From: Thalia democratica
Lineage: Eukaryota
Length of the DNA stretch: 64,000 bases
Direction of reading: 5' to 3'
Assembly: GCA_965202585.1 (NCBI GenBank)
Contig: CBDBBG010000078.1
Location: 1-64,000, forward strand
Shown: piece by piece, positions 1-11,845 of the stretch
Layout: each line of letters begins with the position of its first letter
Numbering within the stretch: position 1 is the first letter of the stretch
Notes under the pieces: generated by a model
Told to the model about the DNA's origin: nothing
What the model saw: only the letters and a program-made list of their open reading frames with translations
The model's database searches: none
Position numbers and translations under genes: made by a program

Positions 1-3000
1 TTTTATAATTTATTATTGGTTTTAGGGATGTAATATGTAAATTTCAATGTATGAAGTTTAAAATTTAAAATTAAAATCAGTAGTTTAAATTGTGCTTATT
101 AAAAAGTTGTTTTACTGAAAATTTTATATGATAAAAAATGTTTCGATAAAACTAAAACTACTAATTTTTCAAGTCGTGTACAAGCAATTACAAATAAAAA
201 AAAGTAAAGTTTACAAATGTACACTATTCCTTTTTAGTATAAAAGTATCAAAACGTTTATGTTTTGGGTCTTGTTGTCTTAACAAACAATAAAGTTTCTA
301 AAAATAAATTAGTTTTAGAATGTTATATAAAAAAATATAGTTCTTATAATAAAAAATACATACTTAAACATATGTTTTGACATTAGACTGAATTAAAAAA
401 AAAGGAACTTCCTAAATGTTACGAGAGTATTGATTTAACTTTTTCTAATTGTATAGTTTAAAATTTCTTTGCAATCGGAGTAAAAGTTTATTTGTAAAAA
501 AAATTAAATTACTTTAAAATATTAAGATGTTATTCTTAGCTCTCAAAGCAAAAATAAGTTTTTTTAAGTCTAACAGACATAATAAATTTAAACTCCGAAA
601 AACTTTTTAATGAAACTACAATACAGTTTAGTTGCTAAACTATTTCTAGTAAAACTGCAATCAAGTTTCACCTTATGAAATGTTTTGAAGACTGTTGCAA
701 CTCACTTAATCAAAAAAAGTCCTAATTAACCTAAACATTTTAAATAGTAAATCAAGAACTTCTAATTAGACTTGACTGACAAATAAATAGTTAATATGTA
801 AAAAAGGTTTATATTTTAAATTAGAAACTTGAGAAAAGTAAAGTAATCAAACTAGCTTGAAATTTAAAAAGAAGTTTAGTCAAAACTTCGGATAAAACAA
901 TTTTTTTTTGCCATAAATAATATAAAAAAGTACAAAATGGTATAAAATTATTTCGGTTACCTCTAATTCTTACAATTTTTTTATTTTATTTAAATCAGGC
1001 TTTTCCCTATTGTAATTCGTTTTTGGCATAAATCAAGCTTGTTTAGTAACTTTCTATATTTAGTAAAAGTCTTTTAATGAATAAAGTTACACGAATATAT
1101 ACTTATTTGACGTAATATACTTAAATTTAAAACTTCTACTACCTTTTTAACTTACGCTTATGGTTTCTTATTAAATTGTTCATATCTTAACACCGTTTCA
1201 TTCTCAGTGGGGCAGTTTCAATATTATTTTTCGGAAAGCGACAGGATGCAAAGTGCTTTTAGACCTAACATCTTTTTGAGAGATTTTGTTGGCATTATAT
1301 TTGCAACTAGTTATTTAAAATCATTTTATAACAGCTCAATGGCTTATTAAAAGTAGTGGGTAAACTTTGTTCAAAAAAATTTTTTCTTCAATTTTCTTTG
1401 CAGGCTGCACTGTTTAGAAATAAGTCTTCATGAATCGGCAACTATCTAGGAAAATTTTAATAGTCAATAAAAATAATTTATAAACAGATAAACATATATA
1501 AAAACCAATAATAAAGCAAAAATATATAAATTTTATTAAATTTAGAGCTCTAATGTAAGTTGAGTTTCTACAAAAAGAACTCATTTTTTTATTTTTTAGA
1601 AAGTTTTCTGCAGAAAAGTAATGGCAATCGTTTTAAAATAAGAAAAATTTCAAATAATATTTCTTGACTTAAAATTTAAAACACAAAAATTTAATTGTTT
1701 TACCTTCTTTGAGAATTTGTTTTACAAAATTTTATAGCTTAATGGTACAGCTAAATTAAACTACATTTTGATTATTTGTGGTTTATTTGGTCAGTAGGTG
1801 CTATAGCCCACAGAAAAATTTAGATATTTTATTTTTTTTGTCATCGCAACATATCTCAAAAAATACGTATTATTTTTTACTATGTTTTTAAATATTATTT
1901 AGTAAATCAACTTTTTTGGTTTGTGAGTTTGTATTTTATATCAACTTATTATTATTTTTAAATTAAGGCCGTTTTTGGTTTTTTTAGTTTTGGTCTTTAG
2001 TTAGGGTTCATTTTTTTTATCACTGACTATTAGAGATATTTTTGTTATAACAAAAAGGTTCATTTTAATCTTTTTTTTAAATATAGAGCAAGAACCAAAA
2101 AACTAAAAAAGGGTCTGTAATTCTGTAAGTATTTTTAGTTATTTAACTGCTATTTGTGGTTTTTAAAATAATTTTTTATTAGTTAGTGAATTTCTTTCTT
2201 ACCATTTATTGAAACTAACATTTGAATTTCTTGAGTTGATGATGAAGACCAACAAATTAATTGAAAAGTTTTAGAAGTATTTTAGGGTAGATTTTTGAAA
2301 ATTCTTGTAAATGGGAACCGGAGCTTTTTTAATCAGAGGAGGCTCTATGAAAAAAATGAGAAAACCCTGACATCAAGTGAAAAAAAGTATCTTGTGTTTT
2401 TTTTAACTTTTTTTACTCTAAAATTACATCCTATAATCAGATTCTTTATCATTAAGTTTAGATCAGTCTACAAAATTTGAGAAACATATTTCAAAGAAAA
2501 TTGAAGATAGTTTAAAAAAAAAAACTTCTTTATTGTCAATAAACTTGTCTTCTATAATCAACATATTGAGCTCTCAAATTTTGTACATACTTTTTTTCCT
2601 TTGAAAATTTTCTTCAAAAATGTTTTAGATTTTGAAAATATTATCAGCTTGTAAATAATTGATTAACACTAACACCCTGATGTTAAGACATTTTTGGTAT
2701 AATGTTTAATCTTGTTACAAAAAATTCAAGATATATAGAAATTTATAAAACCTGAAGTTTAATATGAATAAGTGAACCCACCTACACAGAATAACTACAA
2801 AAAATTAAAATAACCATCAGACCAGTAAAAAAAATTTACTTAGCACAACTTTCATAATTTAAGACCAAAAAATGGTGGTTATGTTAACTCAAACTTATAA
2901 TTGTAAATTTCAACAAAACTAATTTATCAACACTTTGAAAAAATATTCTTCAAAATAACTAGAAAACCTTGAACTATAAAAAAAAACTATTATAAAACAT

Positions 3001-3149
3001 GGAGTTATAAACAATTTAAAAAGAGAGAAAGATGTTAGAGTGGAAAAACTGTAGAACTAGAACAATTAAAAAGTTTTAACTTTGCATACAGGAGAATTTT
3101 TTTTTTATTACTTTCAAAAAAGCTTATCTTTTTCTGAAGTAATTAGCAG

Positions 3150-3566
3150 CAGGGTTGCCAAATACTCAGGGAATTTAGGAAAACTCAGGGTGTCTTTAAG
3201 TTGTAGAAAATCTAAAAAAATTCAGGGAAATTCAGGATAGTTTTGGTTTTTTCTAAAATTCTTAGGGAAAATTTAAAACTTTTATAAAATCTTAGGGAAA
3301 TATTTTCCTAGATCTATAATGAGATTTAGTTAATCAAGTTTTAATATTTTGTTCAAAAAAGTTAATTTTGTTATTTTTAAGTGTTCATTTAGAAATTTTT
3401 AAGCCTTTTGGCTAGTTCTCCAATATTCTTTGATTTAAAATTTAAAAATTTTAGTTAATTATAAAAATCCTAAGGAATTAAAAAAAAATCAGGGAAGTTT
3501 AGGGATAGTCAGGGAAAATTGTGATCACTCAGGAAAGATTTTTTGTCTCAAAGAGTGGCAAACCTG
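3150..3566 (+). mobile_element. Non-autonomous hAT-like MITE (copy A)
   Basis: TIRs CAGGGTTGCCA / TGGCAAACCTG. Direct repeat TAGCAG on both sides (3144-3149, 3567-3572). Multiple subterminal (CT)CAGGGAA motifs. Confidence 0.8.
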
Positions 3567-4192
3567 TAGCAGCAGCTGTTTGTTGTTTGTTTCTTGTTTC
3601 TTGTTTGTTTGTTAAATTATTAATAGTTTTTAATATACAAGTGTACACAGTTTTAGAGCTAAAACAGTTTGTATAAATGTACCTTGCAAAATAATTATAG
3701 AAATACTGTTTTATTGTTAGAAAACTATCTTCTGCACATTTTTTAGTTTTTTGTTTTCTCAAAAGTATCTAATCTAAACCAATTTCATGTTTATACAAAC
3801 CTGTTGAAGACTTTTTTAAACTCTCCTTAGAGACCAAAAACGATCCTGGATAATCCTGATGTTTTTAAATATATAAATTTACTTTTCATAACTAATAATA
3901 ATCAAGTTATTTTACAAAATAAACTATAAAATAATAAAAAGAATAAAACATTAAATCTTTAAAAAAAATTTCGTATTAGTTTTAAAGAAAAAAGTTTTTC
4001 TGTGATTTTAAAAAATCTTAAAACTATCCTGAGTTTTTACTATAAATCAAATCTATGTTGAGTCAGAAAAAATAAAGATTAAGTATCTTGAGTTATCCTA
4101 AGCTGTAATGGGATTGAAAAATTTATATAGCTAATTATTCAGTATGATATTTTTTATTCTATTTATTTAGTTATACAAAATTACAAGAGTTA

Positions 4193-5229
4193 CGAATAGC
4201 TTTTTTTGCAGTTTTTAAAAATGTCCAAAATTTAGATACAATTATTTTTCTTATCTTTAAAGCTAATTTAGAATTTTTTTACTCTTTAAATTTTCTATGC
4301 TTTTAATTAAAAAAAAATCTGATTGGGCTTTGAATTTTTAAGTAGAGCCTTTTTAAAAATTTAACTTTTTTCAATTTTTTTACTTATTTTATTTTTTTCT
4401 CAAAAAATAAAATGTTTTTTTTTTAATTTACGTATTAAACTAAGTTTATTATTAAGGAAATATTTTTTTAGTTAAATTTTTATTCTTATAAGATACGATT
4501 TTTTTTTTGTTTTCAAAACATTAATATTTATCATAATAAAAAAAATATAATTTTTGTAAATATGCATAGTGTGCTTGTTCAACTAAGTTTCATACTAAGA
4601 AAATATTAATGTTTCTGATTTTTTTACTTTTTTATTATATGACCTATGCAACTTTTACATAAATTCATAGCATACATAGTTTACACTTTTTGAGGTAATT
4701 TTAGTTCATGTGCAATGAATTTATGTAAAACTTGCATAGATCATATAATATAAAACTAAAAAAATCGGTAAATCAATACTTATTTGACATAAAACTTAAT
4801 TAAATAAGCATATTACAATTCCTTTTATTGAAAGTTTTATATTTTTTAGAAAAACCATGATAAATTTAAACATTTTAAGACAAAAAAAATAAAGGAAAAA
4901 TGTCATATTTTTTATAAAAGTATTTTAAGATAATAAAACAAAAAATTAAATAATAAGCTTAGTTTAATAACTAAGTAAAAAAGTAATATATTATTATTAA
5001 ACTTTTTGAGAGAGCTAAAAAAAGAAGAAAAAAAAGAAATTAAAAAAAGTCAAAGTTTTAAAGTAGTTTCACTAAATAATTAAAACCCTAATTAGATTGT
5101 TTTTTTTTAAATATAAGGCAAAAGGGCTTTCTTTAGAGTAAAAAAAAAATTTCAAGTTAGCTTAAAGATAAAAGAAATGTTTAGATCTAAAGTTATAGAC
5201 ATTTTTTTAAATTGCAAAGAAGCTATTCG
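4193..5229. repeat. ~1-kb foldback (long degenerate inverted repeat), copy A
   Basis: CGAATAGC...GCTATTCG termini. The arms align along their length (for example ttatctttaaagctaa vs ttagcttaaagataa). A near-perfect inner stem ATATGACCTATGCAACTTTTACATAAATTCAT / ATGAATTTATGTAAAACTTGCATAGATCATAT lies at about 4637-4747. Confidence 0.8.
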
Positions 5230-6419
5230 AGCCAAAGTAACCCTCGTTATATAACAACTATATATGAAACTCAGTATCAACCTTGGCTGTGAGCTTTGTG
5301 AGTTTTAAATAATGATAATTTTTTGACCAAAATTAAAACTTAATAAGTTTTATTACACCTCTAGTGCTAAAAACTAAACTAAAAAGTTATTTTCATCACT
5401 TTACTGTTGAATAATAAAAGAATTGTTTTCAAGCCAAATTTTGTATTATCATAAACTTTCAATTCTTTTGAAAGGTCAATAAATCAATTTTAAGCTCTAA
5501 CAAACGAAAATCCCAAGCTAAATTAGAGTACTAAAAAGTTTGTATTTTTAAAGCGGGCAGTTAGAAAATCAAATAAATTAAATGTAAATAAATGATGACA
5601 TAATATTTACTTTAACAATTTAAAACTTTAAAGCTAAACACGCATTAAATACTAAAGTAAAGAACAAAAGAATTTTTTTTTTCTGTAATATAAAGTAAAT
5701 TAATCGAAAATTTATACATTGTATTCTAAAATAACTAGATAATCATATATTTACACTTTATGTTTATAGTTTTCAAAGCACTTTTTGAAGCAATAAAATT
5801 TGTTGTGTGTCAAATGTAGTGCAAGTGCGAAGACGTTAAATATACAAACCAAACTAATGACATTTATTTAAAAAAAAAAGTAATTTGAGTAAAACAATAC
5901 GATAATTTTTGTTCGTTGATATTAAAGTAAAGTTTTTACAGAATTTGATAGCTAATTGATAGGACTGAAATGAAATATATTTTTTTTTAGTTCGGGTTGA
6001 TTGGGTTGGTGCTAGAGCCAATAAAAATGTGGAATTTTTAGTTGTAATTTTGAAGATATTTAAATTTTTTTATTTTTTTGAAAGCTATTATTTACAACAA
6101 GCAATCAATAGAAAAAAACTTTTTTAATACTAAGTTCTTTATTTTCTTAATTTTAACGTAATCCTTAATATAAAAACTTTTCAAATGTCATGAAGTATCA
6201 TTTTGTTCTTTCTGTAAATAAAAAAGTGATGTGATCGGTTAGCTTGATTAAAATTTTTAATTTTTTTATGTTATATATTTTCGAACTTACATCACATAAA
6301 CATTTTACTGCTCTATTCTATACTTGGACTTTTTTAATCAGACTAATTAAAGGTTTTTGCAAACTAATAATTACTTAAAGAAACAGGGCTTCTGTTAAAT
6401 AGTACATTGAACAAAAGAA

Positions 6420-8010
6420 ATGAAAACGACAAAAGGTTCAGTTTAGCAGTTTCGTTTAAATGTTTTCTTAAAATAAGTTAAATACAAAGAACTGTTTGTT
6501 TTTACGTTTAATAAACAGATGAAATAAAATAAAACTCAATGATTCATAATCTTTCCGAGTAAAAGTATTATTTTGATAACATAAACGACAACTTTTTAAA
6601 TTTATTTTTATTACTAGAATTTCAAATGAATTCTCCGATTGTCCTTTTAAGCTTTTTATTTTGTTTTTGTGTCAAATACCGATTTCGATCTCGCAACATT
6701 CAAAAGCGTCACCAGGACACCTTTATTTAAAATAAACTAAAATAATAAGATTTAACAAACAAGTATTAAAAGTAAAAACTATAATATAGACTGCTACATT
6801 TGTCTTGCTGAGGACGAAGATTGCCTTATAAGTCCCTGCAAATGCGCTGGTTCGTTTTAAGCTGAATACTTAAGTATTTTATACATCATATCAACTTATA
6901 TCAGTTTACAACTTTCAATGGTTTTAAAACGAATAAAAATCGTTCCACCACCTAAGTTACTTAAAATATCAACGGCAAAACCTTTAAAAAAATCTAACAA
7001 ATTATTTTTTAAATTAATTTTAGGAGGAAACAAATATGTCCACGAAGACTGCCTAATTGAATGGATTGAGAGGAAAAAGAAATTAAAAAAAGAAGAACAT
7101 TTGGAACCGACATGCGATATTTGCAAAACAAAGTTTTATGTCAACTATTTTAAATAACTTATAAATTTATCTTTTGAAATTCACATCTGCAAAACTAGAG
7201 TGAAATGATCATTGCCAGTAAATTAATTTGATTTTGGGAAACTTAGTAAAAGTATTTGAAATAAAATCATGTTTTGAGTAACTTATTTTTGTTAAAAATG
7301 GGGTACTAAATTGTAAATATCATAGAAAAGCTATTCGAAATTTTTAGCACTTTAATCAATTCTAAATTTTATTTTAGACACAAAATATTTCTTTACTTTT
7401 ATAATAATTTTTTATCTCAAAATTTAAATTACAGAAAGCACAGTGCTTTTTAAAATTACTACATTTTATCGATATTGACAAAACACTAATAATGAAACAT
7501 TCAGCAACAATATTTTTTTACATCGAAGGTTCGCTGTGACTTACGAAAAATCAATGCCAACCGCCGCACAAGTACTCAACGTGTTTTTCAACGACTTGTC
7601 AAAGAGAAGCAATTATTTCAGAAACATTTATTTGTTTTTTGCAGGACTTAATATTGTCTACAGTGTTCTTGACCTCACTCCTGAAATTTACCAGAAATTC
7701 ACCTACCCAGAAATTACATTTCTATGGTCGGAAAAAGTAATTCTCGCTATATATTTCATTGGCTGGTTTTTAACCTTCAGGTAAGTACTGCTCGTTTTAC
7801 AATTTTCAAGAGGAGATTTTGTTTGTTTGCTCAAACAAAGTTCTATTTTTAAATATTTCAAAACTATAATTGAAATAAAATGATGGTCCTTCTACTTTCA
7901 GGTTTGTGTGGGAAATAGGAAGCGCAGCTAAAAAATGTTGGACATCATGTGTTTATTGGCAAGTCTATAGTGTGGATAATTTTGTTGGAGAAAACAGAAA
8001 AAAAGAATAA
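6420..8010 (+). CDS. MARCH-type RING-CH (RINGv) membrane E3 ubiquitin ligase, copy A, 5 exons, 181 aa
   Basis: Exons 6420-6435, 6790-6849, 7024-7132, 7529-7780, 7902-8010 join in phase through GT-AG introns. Product: MKTTKDCYICLAEDEDCLISPCKCAGGNKYVHEDCLIEWIERKKKLKKEEHLEPTCDICKTKFAVTYEKS..., then two hydrophobic segments, ending ...WTSCVYWQVYSVDNFVGENRKKE*. The C-x2-C-x11-C-x-C-x7-H-x2-C-x20-C-x2-C pattern is C4HC3 (RING-CH). The same structure and synonymous changes occur in copies B and C. The exon 3 donor (GTTTTA) is weak, and exon 1 is inferred from a conserved ATG plus donor. Confidence 0.88.
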
Positions 8011-8853
8011 ATTTGTCGTAATTTTTTGTTGAATATTATAATAAAAAGTAAAAAATATTTTATCTCAGTTTGTATAGATTTAAAATATTAGTTTTTTTTA
8101 AAATTTGAATTATTAAAGTGCTTAAGTACGGTTAAAATAAAGTTTTTAAGTTTTAGTAAACTTTATTTTTTGGTAACTCCTTAAAAAAAGGACTAAGTTT
8201 TTGTGCTTAATAAAATTTATTAAAACTACTTTTAATTTTAAAGGTAAACTAAGTGCCTTTGGGTTTGTTTTCTTAAACTGAAAATAAATAAACACTTTAA
8301 GGTTAAACTAAAGACCACAGAAAAGTATTTTTTTGACGTTTTTGTATTTTAAATTTATTAAATATACTCTAAATATAAAAAACTTTATTATTTATGTAGA
8401 TGTGTATCTTAACTAAATATTATTCTGTTACTAAAATTGATGTTGTTTAATTCTTAAGTTTGTTAGAAATAAAAAAATCGATGAATAGATTTACTTGATA
8501 ACTAATTGTTTACAAAATGTATGTTCTGTGTATATAAAAAACAAAAAACACTATATTAAACTTATATTTCAAACAATATTAAGTAGACAATAGTTGAAAA
8601 TACTCTTTTTCTTGAAATAAAAAAAATTAAACGTTTTGAGTATGTCATGAAGTTACTTGTTATTGTCAAAGTTTTTAAAGGCTTAACTAACATAAGAAAT
8701 TTCTAATTACAAGCATAAGATGATTGTAAATTGATCACCACCGACAAAAAATTGCTATTAAAAGTAATTTTGGTATACACTCTCTGAATAACTAAAATAA
8801 AAATAAGTTATTATGTACCTTTCAGTGTACGCCTAACCATTAAAAACTATGTA

Positions 8854-10519
8854 CAGTGCTTCCTCGCTAATCCGGTCCTCGCTAATCCGGTTCCTCGCTA
8901 ATCCGGCCGGTTTTAGTCGAGAAGTCAACTTATTTACTTTAGTGTTTTTAGCGTTTAATTTCATTTTACTTCGAAAAAGTATTCAATTTACGTTTTATAA
9001 GTATGCAAGCAATATATTGTTACGTCATAATAAAGTATCATTTTTATAATATTTAGTTTTTATCATACTTTTCCCGCTCAGTTGTAACAAACTTGTTTAT
9101 TATTCATTTGCAATTTTTCTGTCTTTGCTTAGCAAGTTACACTTTAATATAGTACTACAATCAACATATCTGGTTAAAACATGGATAAGACAGCAAAGAA
9201 ACGAAAACGCGTTCAACTAACAATTGAAAACAAGTTAAAAATTTGCGAAATGACAAACTATAATGTGCCTAAAGCTGTTATAATGAGCCAGTTTAACATT
9301 GGTAAGTCAACTTTAAATGACATATTGAGAGGCGAAGAAAAGTTCAAAAAGTTTAAAGCCGAAAAGGAGGAGCTGGGACTAATTGGAGCTGCTAAAACGG
9401 CAAAAAAAGTAGAGGGAGGCGTCTTTGACAAGCTAGACAGCGCCCTTTACATTTGGTTTCGTCAGGAACGTGAAAAGGGTTGTCAAATAACTGGCCCAAT
9501 ACTATTAGAAAAAGCCTCCGACTTCCATCGTTTAATTTACGGTGAACACTCAAGGCCCTTTTCAGCAAGTACGGGGTTTCAATGGAGGTTTTGCAGGAGA
9601 TTTGGCTTACGTAATCTTAAAATATGTGGCGAAAAATTAAGTGCAGATAGTTCAGCTGCTAATAAATTCATAAATGAGTTTTCTGTCATAACTGAGAGCT
9701 ATTCTGAACACCAAAAGTCTAAAGTTGTCAACACCGTTTCATCTGCTTGGGGTATGGTAAAGTCTTCTTCCATTAGAAACTCATGGAAGAAATTAATGCC
9801 GTTACAGCAAAGCTCTTCCGTGCAAAACATAGATTCTTTAGAAAAACTCAAGACAACGAGTTTGTACAGCAATTTGCGAGATTAAATATCACATTTACAG
9901 AAGACGATATTCAAAGATGGATGAGTTGCAATGGTCCTGGATATGAGCATATGGACGAGCAAGGAATTGTTGAACTGGTTACTGAAGATAACGAAAAAGA
10001 GGCTGTTGAAGTTGTTGAAGATAAAATTGGTGTTTCACAGCCTTCTAAGTGTCCATTTTCTCATGCTGAATCCATGCAGAAAATGGACGATTACTTAGCT
10101 TATTATCGTTGCCAACCAGAAGCCACAACTGAAGATGTGTCAAAACTCATCCAATTTCGTGAGTTTTCTGCTAAGAAACGAGAAAGCACTGTAAAACAAT
10201 CTTCTATTCTTTCTTTTTCAAAAAAAATCTTAATTTAGTTAAAGTGTTAATAGTGTAGCTTTTTTTCCATTAATTTTGAACTTATGAAATTTTGTTTCGT
10301 TTAGTTTTGTCTGTTATAATTCTTTTTTATTTGAATAAAGTAAAATAAATTAAATTAACAGAAATTTTATAGTACGTTTTGTTATATACATTCATAATAT
10401 AACTAAGGTAGATAATTTGTAAAAAAAGCGATATTTTGTTCTTATCCGGCCAAAGGCAAATCCGGCCGTGTTTTAAAGAAAATCTTGCCCATCTTGGCCG
10501 GATAAGCGAGGAAGCACTG
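8854..10519 (+). mobile_element. Tigger/pogo-family (Tc1-mariner superfamily) DNA transposon, internally deleted, 1666 bp
   Basis: 22-bp TIRs CAGTGCTTCCTCGCT(A/T)ATCCGG with one mismatch. TA target duplication at 8852-8853 and 10520-10521. The empty site is visible in unit C (about 32328, actatgTAtatataatttg) and in unit B. TCCTCGCTAATCCGG is repeated three times at the left end. Confidence 0.95.
9181..10238 (+). pseudogene. Defective pogo/Tigger transposase
   Basis: ORF 9181-9885 has the CENP-B-like N-terminal HTH (KRKRVQLTIENKLKICE) and the Tc5-type HTH (LDSALYIWFRQER...FSASTGFQWRFCRRFGL). It jumps at about 9715 directly to the post-catalytic ...SAWGMV...IRNSWKKL motif, so the DDE core is missing. 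The acidic C-terminus continues in another frame (9783-10238). Confidence 0.9.
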
Positions 10520-10995
10520 TATATATAATTTGTTACTAGTATGTTTTATCACTAAACTGGATTTTTTAGAAAAAACTCTTAACTTAAAGTTTTAAAACTA
10601 TTTCAAACTGATTGTATTATTTAATAATTAAAGGAAGATTTTTTGTATGAACAAACTAAGTTTAAAAAAACTTTTGGTTTTTTTAATAAAGCTTAAACCA
10701 AGTTTAGACGTTCCAGAGGTTTTATTTACTACAAAACAGATCTACTTCCAGTTACTTTTTACTCATTTTCACAAGTGTAGTCTCATTCCATAGTTAATTT
10801 AAAAATCTAAGATATACTACTTTGAATAAAAATAACATTTATATTTTTGTGCGCATTTATTTTATACTAAGCAAAACAAAATAAATTCCAACAAAATTAG
10901 TTTTTAAATGAAAACGAAACAACATTTCAAATAACAAAAAGTTTGAAAATTTAAAGCAGTACTGTAAAAAAACTCATGTCTTTAGAAAATTATAC

Positions 10996-11845
10996 TCATA
11001 ATGTAGCTACAAGCTTTATCAATTTGTAAAGCAAAGCAACTACTACAATTAAAAGAAAATATAATTTACAGCCACCCCATTCAAATACCGTGTAACCTGA
11101 AAAAAAATAGTTATTACTTTGTATTATAAGCTTAACTTTTATTATGTTATTAAATTTAATAAAAACAGTGGACTAATAAATTTTCTTATTGAACAGTAGA
11201 ACTATTTCCAACAAAACCTTAAAAATTTGATTACTTTCAATAACTTGCAATATGAACTTTTATCCTGCTGAATCAATAAGGTATTTGAAATATAGTTTAG
11301 TTTCCTATAAACAAACGATCATAACTATTTCTAATAAAACCTGAAGACATTGACTACTTTTAACAACTTATATCGTGAACCTTTATAAAATAATATTATA
11401 ATAACTTAACATGTATAATTTTTAATGAAAAAGGGAAACTACTGTGGCAGATGTGGTGAAATTTGTCACAAATCGGCAACCCACCGATGAACTCTCCGCT
11501 TTCCAACACAACTTCCACCTCGTAACATTTCCCGTTGCACTTCCCACAGAACTCTTCTGTAAAAAGTAATAAAATCAGTGTGCTTATTTAATACGAGCCA
11601 TTAATAAAACTGTAGCTACCTTCGGCAGGTTTTCTGGCGAATACGCTCGCTAGGTGTCGCTGTTTGTCGCCTGTTACCACGGAGAGTTGTGTACCGATTG
11701 TCAACTGACAGTTACCTGTTCAAATGATTATAATAAACAATTTAAAATGATCCAAATATTTTTCATTACTCACTTTCGGGCACAGCATAAGCTAGTATAC
11801 ATCCGTCTTCTTCAGTAGTGGTGTTTGAACAAGCGCTTTGTAGAC
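10996..11845 (-). CDS. Cys-rich type-I membrane protein, copy A: exons 3-6 intact, leader exons absent in the assembled orientation
   Basis: Minus-strand exons 11845-11774, 11715-11620, 11556-11443, 11096-10996. All are open with GT-AG sites and encode SLQSACSNTTTEEDGCILAYAVPESNCQLTIG...EEFCGKCNGKCYEVEVVLESGEFIGGLPICDKFHHICHSYTVFEWGGCKLYFLLIVVVALLYKLIKLVATL*. Homology to copy C breaks at 12011, inside intron 2. Confidence 0.72.

Noticed and set aside
1200-1460. Possible exons near 1208-1350 and after a strong acceptor at about 1402
   Set aside because: No consistent reading frame or recognisable product could be assembled.
2295-5200. Short ORFs 2295-2480, 3529-3762, 20576-20758, 20892-21110 and similar F/K/I/N-rich ORFs elsewhere
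   Set aside because: They overlap MITE or non-coding repeat sequence or the N gap, and their frames are not conserved among the duplicated units.
6660-6790. Alternative genetic code (TAA/TAG = Gln or Glu), suggested by an apparent frame running through TAA codons into the RING exon, a CAA/TAA swap between copies and a 9-nt indel
   Set aside because: The 594-nt terminal exons and all other long exons contain no TAA or TAG despite many Gln and Glu codons. The genes end in conserved TAA or TGA. A conventional upstream exon (6420-6435) explains the RING start.
6896-7126. ORF-track entries 6896-7126 (-) and 16751-16951 (+)
   Set aside because: Antisense shadows of the RING-CH exon.
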